A stretch of DNA of 64,000 nucleotides, taken from a virus. Taxonomy: Duplodnaviria > Caudoviricetes. Under the pieces are notes generated by a model that was not told the origin of the DNA, did not search any database, and was given only the letters and a program-made list of their open reading frames with translations. Where the stretch lies: IMG/VR virus record IMGVR_UViG_3300020577_007794; one strand, 5' to 3'. The position numbers and the translations under genes are program-made. Positions 56,761 through 64,000 of this stretch are shown here, piece by piece (position 1 is the stretch's first letter; the number at the start of each line of letters is the position of its first letter).

Positions 56761-58026
56761 TTATCCGGTCCTAGTATTAGCAGTACTTGCAAGAATGTTA
56801 ATCAACTCCCTCCAAGACTTAAACTCTTCGGTAGTATTAGTAATCTTTCTGATTGTATTAATAGCCGCCTTGCTTTGAAGTCTATGTACAAGAGTAATAA
56901 AGGCTACGTCTGCATTGCCATCCTTATAGGCTTTGAGCATCCAGTCACCAATATTCTTGAGAACCTTTCTGTCTTCCTCAGTCAGCATCGAAGCATTAGG
57001 TTCAACCTTCTTCTGCTCTACTATCTTTTCTAGATAGCTTCCCATCTTGCTGATTCGGAATGCAAATTCACCGCAAGCCATGTACCATACATCCATCTTC
57101 TCTGAGGACGGTGCTGCCGGACTGTGACCTGCACAAACACTCTCAATATTGAGCGAATCAAGAGTTTTGCAGAATTCTAGGAAGGGTCCTGCAGCTCCTG
57201 CGCCAATTGTTCCAGAAACAATTGAAGGTGTTAAAGGTGACTTAGCCCACTCCGTAAGAGTTCCTGGCCAAGCCTTGATAAAAGAACTTACCTTATGCCA
57301 CGTTCTTGGATTATGATAAGTAACCAGGTCAGCAGGTGGATTAGGGTGTTGGAAGTAAGTACCGTGGTAATTTTCCAGAAAACCAAGTACAACACCTGAG
57401 ATTTTTTGAGTTTCGATACCCCATGTTCGCCATTCATCATATGTCAAATTAATGTTAATAGTTGTTAGTCGAGTTTTTACGTTTGATGGTGTATCGTAAG
57501 TAGCAGCGTTATCCTGCTTTCTGTTTCCAGATGTGATAATAAGAGTTCTAGAAAAGTCTAGGGTATTGTCACCAATAACTCCGTCAATGATATTAGCAGC
57601 AAGATTTTGCATACTCTTTGGTGCTTGTGGCATTTCATCAAGGTGAATTACCACAAAATCAGCTTTGCCAGAAGTTGGACATCCTACTAGAGGAAAAACT
57701 TCTGGAGAAGCAAAAGTACACATTTGTTTTCCGTCAACTTCGATAAAGCAGGGAACACCCTTCAAGTCTGTAGGGTCTGCCTGGTTTAGTCGAAGGGAAT
57801 ACAAAGCTGTTGTACCAAGCTGTTGATCTTCTCTGACTTTACGAAGTTTCTCCGTAAACTGTTGAACAATACTGGTCTTAGCATTGCCAGGTGCGCCGAT
57901 CAGATTCATAACGCATCTTTCACCCTCAGTCCTTTCGACATCATAAGCCCACATTAAGGCTTGCGCAGCCTCTCGGCCAGTCATTGTGTAAGTTGCTTCT
58001 TGTTCGATTTTAAGGGAAGTGCTCAT
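56761..58026 (-). CDS. MoxR/dynein-related AAA+ ATPase
   Basis: GAPGNAKT, DPTDL.G.P, LDE..QA....Q, GNR..D.A, P....R, PRTW. Confidence 0.88.
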   Translation of the reverse strand: MSTSLKIEQEATYTMTGREAAQALMWAYDVERTEGERCVMNLIGAPGNAKTSIVQQFTEKLRKVREDQQLGTTALYSLRLNQADPTDLKGVPCFIEVDGKQMCTFASPEVFPLVGCPTSGKADFVVIHLDEMPQAPKSMQNLAANIIDGVIGDNTLDFSRTLIITSGNRKQDNAATYDTPSNVKTRLTTININLTYDEWRTWGIETQKISGVVLGFLENYHGTYFQHPNPPADLVTYHNPRTWHKVSSFIKAWPGTLTEWAKSPLTPSIVSGTIGAGAAGPFLEFCKTLDSLNIESVCAGHSPAAPSSEKMDVWYMACGEFAFRISKMGSYLEKIVEQKKVEPNASMLTEEDRKVLKNIGDWMLKAYKDGNADVAFITLVHRLQSKAAINTIRKITNTTEEFKSWRELINILASTANTRTG

Positions 58027-58304
58027 TTGTCTAGTTTGGTCTCAATTGTGATTTTATCAATGGTTGGTGGATGAATAGTGGAAGTGTGCTGGTTGCCGCA
58101 AGCACATTCCCAAACTGTGTCTATTGTTTTTTGTTCTTTATCGTCGAAGTCTTCTTTCGTTAGTTCGTTGACATGCTTTCCAGCAGTTTCAACAAGACAT
58201 TCGGTATGGATAAGTGCGGGCGTATATGCCCCGCAAGAACATGTAATTTCAGATCCCTCACAGTGGAGGAAACTTTGACAGTGTAGTTTTAGATTTTGAC
58301 GCAT
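58023..58304 (-). CDS. small Zn-ribbon protein
   Basis: CSCG ... CACG. Confidence 0.5.
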   Translation of the reverse strand: MRQNLKLHCQSFLHCEGSEITCSCGAYTPALIHTECLVETAGKHVNELTKEDFDDKEQKTIDTVWECACGNQHTSTIHPPTIDKITIETKLDK

Positions 58305-58501
58305 TCTAAGAGTATGTCTCCGTTGCTCATTTTAGTTTTATGTGTACAAATTAGAAAGAAATTATTAAGAGAAAAAAGAGACTGGTTTTCTACATCGAAA
58401 TCCTTCTCAAAAACAGTTGTCTTTGCAGTAAGCAAAAAACCATCATGAAAAGGTACAGCTCCCCTTATTATCTTTATAGCTTCTGAATTGGGTGTGCTCA
58501 T
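58289..58501 (-). CDS. hypothetical protein
   Basis: 70 aa; coupled ORF. Confidence 0.45.
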   Translation of the reverse strand: MSTPNSEAIKIIRGAVPFHDGFLLTAKTTVFEKDFDVENQSLFSLNNFFLICTHKTKMSNGDILLECVKI

Positions 58502-59121
58502 TTTTCTAAATACTTCTCTATTCTTTCTATTCTAGGAATTATTTTTTCTGAAAATTTAGTCAGCTCAGATGATTTGTTTCTAAAAAACTTAGCCTTAATA
58601 TCTTCCAAACTACCATTATCAATAAGACAGGAAAGTACTAGAGGAGCTACTTTTAGGAAAAATTTGTCTTTATTAAAAACTTTATCGTAGTTATTGTTAT
58701 TTATAGAGTTAACTCTCTTAAGAAGTTTTTCTAATTCTGTCTTTTCGTAAACAGCTTCTGTAAGAGTTTCAACCATTAAAGGTTCTCTCAAACAATTTCT
58801 GTAAGTTTCTTCTGAATAGGTACTTTTGCAGGTATAAAGTTCTACAGTTTGCTCTGTCAAACCGTTTGGGACCCAGTTAGGCTCAACGGCTAGGTATCCA
58901 GGTAGAGTAGAACGAGTATAGACTTTATTAGCCATTCTAGTAGCACACCTCTTCAAATAATTATAAGGATCACCCTGTAAAGAATCTGAAGAAGAAGCTT
59001 TTAAAAGATTACCATAGACGATAGAAACAGCATCATCGCAGACATCCAGATTAAATCTAGATTTAAAATTTGCACTGCGGACTGCGGCTTCCGCCATTTT
59101 AAAGAGCTTCGGGGGTTCCAT
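58498..59121 (-). CDS. ECF-sigma region-2-like protein
   Basis: DDAVS.VY..LL......P.NYL.R.A.R.A...; start moved to ATG 59121, after the terminator. Confidence 0.45.
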   Translation of the reverse strand: MEPPKLFKMAEAAVRSANFKSRFNLDVCDDAVSIVYGNLLKASSSDSLQGDPYNYLKRCATRMANKVYTRSTLPGYLAVEPNWVPNGLTEQTVELYTCKSTYSEETYRNCLREPLMVETLTEAVYEKTELEKLLKRVNSINNNNYDKVFNKDKFFLKVAPLVLSCLIDNGSLEDIKAKFFRNKSSELTKFSEKIIPRIERIEKYLEK

Positions 59122-59125
59122 AATT

Positions 59126-59158
59126 AAAAAAAAGATCTGTTGGGGTGTTGCCACCCCA
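59126..59158 (-). terminator. GNRA-capped hairpin with downstream U8
   Basis: Minus strand: tggggtg-gcaa-cacccca-acagatc-tttttttt. Confidence 0.6.
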
Positions 59159-59170
59159 CATTTGTCATCA

Positions 59171-59275
59171 CTAGTTGGACTGGCAATAGCTATCATCCGT
59201 ATGCGAGCTGCAATAAGCATTGTATGCCATTGCTACAGCTCTCACTATATCAGAAAGTACATTTCCTATTGACAT
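59171..59275 (-). CDS. 34-aa peptide (not in track)
   Basis: MSIGNVLSDIVRAVAMAYNAYCSSHTDDSYCQSN, ended by TAG TGA TGA and flanked by two hairpins. Confidence 0.45.
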   Translation of the reverse strand: MSIGNVLSDIVRAVAMAYNAYCSSHTDDSYCQSN

Positions 59276-59315
59276 TAGTAGTTTCAGGATATTTAGTATG
59301 CTGTCCACATAGGTA

Positions 59316-59369
59316 TGTTACCAGATACTTTAGGACAAAATGAAGAAAAACCTAAAGTACCTAGTAACA
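59316..59369 (-). repeat. 19-bp RNA hairpin directly after the stop of the 798-aa gene
   Basis: tgttactaggtactttagg / cctaaagtatctggtaaca; both DNA mismatches are G-U pairs only on the minus strand. Confidence 0.7.
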
Positions 59370-59373
59370 AATT

Positions 59374-61770
59374 TTAGTAAAGAGTATCGTCACTAGGATG
59401 CAAAGCTTCCCACAAATCATTTAACATAAGTTGATAGTGTTCATCTGTAAAATCTTCTTTTGAAGACTTAGGATGAATCAACTTCACTTTTGTGTAGATA
59501 GCGCAAAGAAATGCGTAAGTGTTTAGATACCCACAATCAATGATTAAGAAATCAAGAAATTTCTCAACCTTATCTTCGAACCTTTCATAGACTTCCGAAT
59601 AAGAAAGAACTTCCTTATTTGGTCCAACAGGGAGAGAGCTGGCACAATCTGCGAGATACATAAGATTATCCTCCACATTTGGGTATGGATATTCGAACTC
59701 TGCATTGCAGAAATTCTCAGCAAAATAGGCAGCTATCTTTCTAATTTGGGACGATGAATATTTGAGATCACAGTTGGTTAAGTCAGTTTTTTTTAAACCC
59801 AAGGTTTTTAAAAAATGAGTAAAACCTTGCATCAGAGGATGGGCACCTTTCTTAGAAAGACCAATCCCACCAGCTGCTTTGAATCTCTTAATATCACCCG
59901 AAGCATATCTAAGAGCGGTATCTATCGTAGTAGTCGAAGTATCCATTCCAGAAGGTTTCTTGGCTGAATTCTTCTTTTGGCTGTTTTGAAAAGGGGTTCC
60001 CGATTGGGGGCCTCCTTCGGATGACTTATATCCACTATTAGAAGAGTTCTGCCAACTATAGGATTTTTCGACACTAGTTTTAATAAGGTTGCCCTCATCA
60101 TCCTTACAGTTGGAAATATCAAGAATATCGTTAGTACCTTCTGTACCAGCTGTTGTTGGTGGATCTACAAATCTATTACAGTTTTCGATTCTATCGTAAG
60201 AAAGTGCAATATACCAACCATTGCCTTTATATCCCCTAGGAGAGGAATAACTAGCATGTCCCAAACCAGCAGCCCAAGTTGTTGAACCTGAACCACCATT
60301 CATAATAACAAGTGGAACTTTCGGAAGTTCGTCCACATACTCAAAATCCCAAGAAGACGCATTAAGAAATTCTCTAGCTTCTTCTGGAAGAGAGCTTAGG
60401 AATTCTTCATTAGATGCATCTCGAGTCATTTGAGCAGTTGGATTAATACCTAGTACCTGCTGCCATTTAAGAGTTTCTGGGAATGCAGAAGTGCCCTTTC
60501 TACAGTAAACCTTCTTAATACCAATACCGTAAATAGATACAAGATCATTCAATACAGTAATAGTGTGCTCCTGTGGAAGACCGTTAGTTGTAATTAACGG
60601 ATGAGATTTATACCACGAGGCATCATCAGAGTCAATCTTAACACCTAAGATCGAATCTAAGAACTTTGAGGTAGCATCATAGGCACACATTAAAGGATTC
60701 TTAGAAGTATCCTTTTTCCAAGCAGTATGCTCAGGTTTAATGGTAAAGACTTTTGACAGTTGACCATCAACCGTCTCAGATTCATAGCTTATCTTAGCCA
60801 TGGCTTTATCCATCTCATCTTTGTTAAAGTAAGTTGGATAGAGGATATTTCCGCCATACACCTTAAAATACACCTTTGTATTATATGATGTGGAAGGGGT
60901 GGACTTAGATGAGCTACTGCTAGTGGTAGGCTGGTAGTTCATGTCCTGACCACCATCTACATAGCTCTTAATAGTACCATTAGGCACTAGAAAATCCTTA
61001 GCTAAAGCCAAAGCTTCCTTAGGAAGATCCGATGTTTTAATGAAATCTACAGAGTAAGTATTTGACTCAGCATTATAGTAATTAACCTTCACTAAGTTGC
61101 TGCTAAATCCTAGAGGAACATACTGCTTGTCTAGGAAAAGAACCTTACCAGATTCATAAATAGGGAGAGCCTTTGGTGTTGCTGGCTTATCACCATCCTT
61201 AATTGGGGTGAGAACTTTGAAGATTTGATTTGACCAGGCATTGACATAACTACCGCCATCAACAATCTTCGCAGTAAACCCCTCCTCCTTCCGATTTATT
61301 GCAGTAACAACAGCTGTCTTTCCAAAACCAGACCACGAACCTGTGTAATCACCAGGGTTATCCCTGAATATAACATGATCCCCAATCTTAAGGTTTTTGT
61401 AGTACATAAAGGAGTTTTGATCTAATTCAAACTTCTTCTCTATTACAGATTCCTCAACTTCTTTGGAAAACTGCTCTTCAAAGATATCCTCAATTGCCCT
61501 CGCAGTCAGTTCTCCAGGATTTAAAACAGAGTTGTCCTCTGTCAACTTCTTGATTGTGTTTGGAGAAACTGATGTATAAACTTCACCAGTTGGTGAAGAA
61601 TAGGTAAGATAAATTCTATCATTCTCAAAGAAGCTTGCTATTTTTGCAAGAATTGGTGTCTTTGAATGTTCCGGCGTGTAGGTTACGTCTTCTTCTAAAT
61701 AGAAAGGCTTACCATTAATAATTTTCATTCCAGGAGAATCGTTACTCACTTGGTGCTCCATTAGGGTCAA
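59374..61770 (-). CDS. multidomain protein with putative papain-fold (C39-like) cysteine peptidase
   Basis: LMC362AYDA..K.L...LG ... NG ... ELP.VPLVI ... GH505; SH3/KOW-like segments N-terminally; S/T-rich linkers. Confidence 0.5.
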   Translation of the reverse strand: MTLMEHQVSNDSPGMKIINGKPFYLEEDVTYTPEHSKTPILAKIASFFENDRIYLTYSSPTGEVYTSVSPNTIKKLTEDNSVLNPGELTARAIEDIFEEQFSKEVEESVIEKKFELDQNSFMYYKNLKIGDHVIFRDNPGDYTGSWSGFGKTAVVTAINRKEEGFTAKIVDGGSYVNAWSNQIFKVLTPIKDGDKPATPKALPIYESGKVLFLDKQYVPLGFSSNLVKVNYYNAESNTYSVDFIKTSDLPKEALALAKDFLVPNGTIKSYVDGGQDMNYQPTTSSSSSKSTPSTSYNTKVYFKVYGGNILYPTYFNKDEMDKAMAKISYESETVDGQLSKVFTIKPEHTAWKKDTSKNPLMCAYDATSKFLDSILGVKIDSDDASWYKSHPLITTNGLPQEHTITVLNDLVSIYGIGIKKVYCRKGTSAFPETLKWQQVLGINPTAQMTRDASNEEFLSSLPEEAREFLNASSWDFEYVDELPKVPLVIMNGGSGSTTWAAGLGHASYSSPRGYKGNGWYIALSYDRIENCNRFVDPPTTAGTEGTNDILDISNCKDDEGNLIKTSVEKSYSWQNSSNSGYKSSEGGPQSGTPFQNSQKKNSAKKPSGMDTSTTTIDTALRYASGDIKRFKAAGGIGLSKKGAHPLMQGFTHFLKTLGLKKTDLTNCDLKYSSSQIRKIAAYFAENFCNAEFEYPYPNVEDNLMYLADCASSLPVGPNKEVLSYSEVYERFEDKVEKFLDFLIIDCGYLNTYAFLCAIYTKVKLIHPKSSKEDFTDEHYQLMLNDLWEALHPSDDTLY

Positions 61771-62482
61771 TGTAGAAAGTCATTTCTTTCCAGTAGTTCA
61801 TAGAATTAATACTTGTCTTCCAAGTAGAGAAAAGGCCTCTTTCTGCAACATTTTCACCATCACTCATAAAAGTCTTAGTGTTGTCACAACCAATGGAGAT
61901 AAAGTAAGCAGTGACTGCAGCCATGGCTGTATTTCTAATCAACTGCCTAAAAGCATTAAGCTGGCACGGAGGAAGTTTAACATCAGGTGCCTCCTTCAAC
62001 TTAGCCTGCATATCAGGTGAAGTATTTTTAGGAGACAACGAGAAGGAATCCATTTCTTTATAATTCCAACTTACTTGGCCATTTCCATCAGTAGCCATTC
62101 CTGCGTGCAATACTGGAACATTAAGAGCCTGTCCAGCTGTCCATAGAAGAACACGAGTAGGATAGTTATCTACTACGTCAACAATAGTTGTATTCTCATC
62201 TACTTCCAGTAGGGACTCCCAATTCTCCTCAGTAACCTTTTCTGTTACTGCTTTCGCAGTAATAAGAGGAAACTGTGATATTCGGTTGATAACGCTCTCT
62301 GCTTTCAAAGTTCCAACTTCTGAAGGAAGGAATCCTTGAGAAGCCAGATTTCTCTCTTCAATAGTGTCGAAATCAATAAGTGTTATTTGAAGTGGCATTT
62401 GTTGAGCAAAAGCTCTCCTGGCAGCTTCAATACAGAAGTCTTCGCCAAGAGAGCCAGCCCCTACTACAATTAGTTTATACAT
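61742..62482 (-). CDS. ThiF/MoeB/E1-like adenylating enzyme
   Basis: VVGAGSLG, LIDFD.IEERNL..Q, VG..KA, IVD.VDN...R, PVLH; candidate thiolation Cys173 (LPPC); no Zn CxxC. Confidence 0.9.
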   Translation of the reverse strand: MYKLIVVGAGSLGEDFCIEAARRAFAQQMPLQITLIDFDTIEERNLASQGFLPSEVGTLKAESVINRISQFPLITAKAVTEKVTEENWESLLEVDENTTIVDVVDNYPTRVLLWTAGQALNVPVLHAGMATDGNGQVSWNYKEMDSFSLSPKNTSPDMQAKLKEAPDVKLPPCQLNAFRQLIRNTAMAAVTAYFISIGCDNTKTFMSDGENVAERGLFSTWKTSINSMNYWKEMTFYIDPNGAPSE

Positions 62483-62490
62483 TTTGTTCT

Positions 62491-63927
62491 TTATTTCAAT
62501 AGTTGTTCTAGTTTAGCGAGCTTAGCTTTATTACTGACACCATTAGTTGTCATAATACCTGGAAGCTCACTACCAGTCTTTTCTCTGTACCTGCTAGCAA
62601 GAGAACCTAGTGTCCAAGTAAGAAGGGAGTTTCTTCTCTGCATAGGTGAAGATAGGTCGTAGCCTCGATGATAGTTATGAGAACCATTTCGTTCACACCA
62701 CTGAGGATTGGCAATATACATAAGCGGAGCCCATGGTTTCCAATCGCTAGGAAGAAGGTCAGGTCTATATTGACTAAAAGCTTCTCTTACTTGTTCTTCA
62801 GTAGCAACAAGAACGTGGTTTCCAGCTAAAGGATCAAGACCACCAACAGTATAGTGAACAGCCCATGCCCTGCCAATGTAAATTACTGCAGGACTGACTA
62901 CGCTTCCACTTACATCATGGCCAGCCATCTTTGTATTTTCAAAGATCTTCTTGCCAAATTTAGGGTGATTGAAGGCATCCTGCGTAAGCTCCCATCTCTT
63001 TTCACCTGATTCGTCAGATACATACATAATGTATCTTTGAGAGATGTCAGTAACTTCTACATCAGGAACCAAAGCTAGTTCTTGTTTTACAATTTCAAGA
63101 ACCCTTTCTCTTTCTTCAAAATCAAGTTCACATTTATGTGAATACACAGTAACCCAGCTTGAGATTCTTCGTGCTGGTAGAGAAAGATATTCACTAATTT
63201 GTTTGTCTGTAAGCTCACCAGGCTTTGGAACCCTAAATGACTTAAGATCCAGGGGACTTACAGCAAGCGGATTTACTTTTGTTTTTGTTTGCAGATAACT
63301 AGAAACGTAGTAATTAGAAACACCAAAGATTTCAGTGATAAGATTAACAATTTCTACACCTACATTGTAGACTTCAGAACCAGTATTATGTGACTTCTTT
63401 CTAAATCTTACTCTGAAGCCAGGATTTTCCTTAGAAATCATATCATTTTGAAAATCCAATTCTTCAGAAACTTCTTCAGAAGTTTGAGACGTATAGTTTT
63501 CTACTATCCAGTTTACAAAAATTGAAGCATAGCCTGAATTTGCATATGGAGAAATAATGTTTAAGAATTGAGAAACATTTGCCTCGGGGAATTTCTCAAT
63601 AAATTCTTCTCTTATTGCTGAGTAGTTTTGTGGTGTAAGGTTTGGTTTTTGAGTCGGCTTTTTAACCTTACATACACCCTCCTCCACGGAAATATGAGAA
63701 AGATCTAGGTTATGTAGATTAACTCGTCCAGAGGGTGCGTTTTGAGAATAAAACCTAGCAGCTAGTACACTAGGAATTCCAAACTTTTTCTCAACAAATT
63801 CTTTAGGTAGGGTTAAAGCGAAAGAATAACCACCTGATGACAAAGCTCTTGTATTATATGCCGGAGCCCCCCAGAAGTGGTTTTCTTTGAAATTCTGAAG
63901 TTTTTCCTTAAGGTCAATAGTTTTCAT
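62491..63927 (-). CDS. hypothetical protein with possible C-terminal E2/UBC-like domain
   Basis: PLMY....WC411 ... YD.S ... LLTW....LA..Y resembles prokaryotic E2 active-site spacing; directly upstream of the E1. Confidence 0.4.
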   Translation of the reverse strand: MKTIDLKEKLQNFKENHFWGAPAYNTRALSSGGYSFALTLPKEFVEKKFGIPSVLAARFYSQNAPSGRVNLHNLDLSHISVEEGVCKVKKPTQKPNLTPQNYSAIREEFIEKFPEANVSQFLNIISPYANSGYASIFVNWIVENYTSQTSEEVSEELDFQNDMISKENPGFRVRFRKKSHNTGSEVYNVGVEIVNLITEIFGVSNYYVSSYLQTKTKVNPLAVSPLDLKSFRVPKPGELTDKQISEYLSLPARRISSWVTVYSHKCELDFEERERVLEIVKQELALVPDVEVTDISQRYIMYVSDESGEKRWELTQDAFNHPKFGKKIFENTKMAGHDVSGSVVSPAVIYIGRAWAVHYTVGGLDPLAGNHVLVATEEQVREAFSQYRPDLLPSDWKPWAPLMYIANPQWCERNGSHNYHRGYDLSSPMQRRNSLLTWTLGSLASRYREKTGSELPGIMTTNGVSNKAKLAKLEQLLK

Positions 63928-63949
63928 TTGGGTTTATAAAAAATAGAAA

Positions 63950-63975
63950 TTTGGCTGGGGGAAACCCCAGCCAAA
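63950..63975. terminator. GC-rich hairpin between the cut-off upstream gene and 62491..63927
   Basis: tttggctgggg-gaaa-ccccagccaaa; the minus strand continues tttctatttttTATAAAcccaaATG. Confidence 0.7.
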
Positions 63976-63979
63976 AAGA

Positions 63980-64000
63980 TTACTTACCCCAAACAGCAGT
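63980..64000 (-). CDS. 3' end of a gene running in from beyond the window (...TAVWGK*)
   Basis: act gct gtt tgg ggt aag taa just before the hairpin; the frame cannot be fixed from 21 nt. Confidence 0.35.
   Translation of the reverse strand, partial: TAVWGK

Noticed and set aside
59122-59220. N-terminal extensions of the ORFs at 58498, 31576, 27585 and 26825
   Set aside because: They run through terminator hairpins, promoter boxes or upstream genes; downstream ATGs fit better
59171-62482. A canonical microcin C (mccAB) cluster
   Set aside because: The ThiF lacks the N-terminal peptide-binding domain of MccB, and no exporter or immunity gene is present; kept only as a minor alternative for the 34-aa peptide
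61742-62482. Thiamine or molybdopterin biosynthesis role for ThiF
   Set aside because: No thiG, thiS, moaD or moaE in the window, and the Zn-binding CxxC pairs of ThiF/MoeB are absent
1-64000. Alternative genetic code (stop-codon reassignment)
   Set aside because: Conserved genes are full length in code 11, and TAA, TAG and TGA all end well-defined genes
1-64000. CRISPR array, tRNA or rRNA genes
   Set aside because: Intergenic gaps are short; no spaced direct repeats or cloverleaf with T-loop motif seen by eye (tRNAscan-SE not run)

Overview
Part of a large dsDNA tailed-phage genome (standard genetic code, gene-dense, many TAATG/ATGA stop-start overlaps). No tRNA, rRNA, CRISPR array, intein or reverse transcriptase was seen. 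Two convergent blocks meet at a bidirectional hairpin near 26.3 kb. The plus block (1-26.3 kb) holds large beta-rich virion proteins, a gp55-like sigma factor, a tandem double-domain GroES, a RemA/DUF370 homologue with an NMP kinase, five glycosyltransferases invaded by an HNH endonuclease, an amidase endolysin, a Ycf45/SpoIIIAA-like ATPase and a second sigma-like gene. The minus block (26.3-64 kb) holds MazG, nrdAB, HIRAN, SSB, RecA, PolA, a SbcC/Rad50 split across separated genes plus SbcD, an inserted tail-fibre/accessory island, nucleotide-pool enzymes, UDG, primase, DnaB, a Walker-A-dead RecA paralogue and a MoxR-AAA/vWA pair. The best candidate for a new system is at the right end: a putative phage-encoded ubiquitin-like conjugation cassette (E2-like, E1/ThiF, papain-fold protease), preceded by a cut-off gene ending ...TAVWGK* and followed by a hairpin-flanked 34-aa peptide gene. 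All family calls come from motif recognition by eye; no searches were run.
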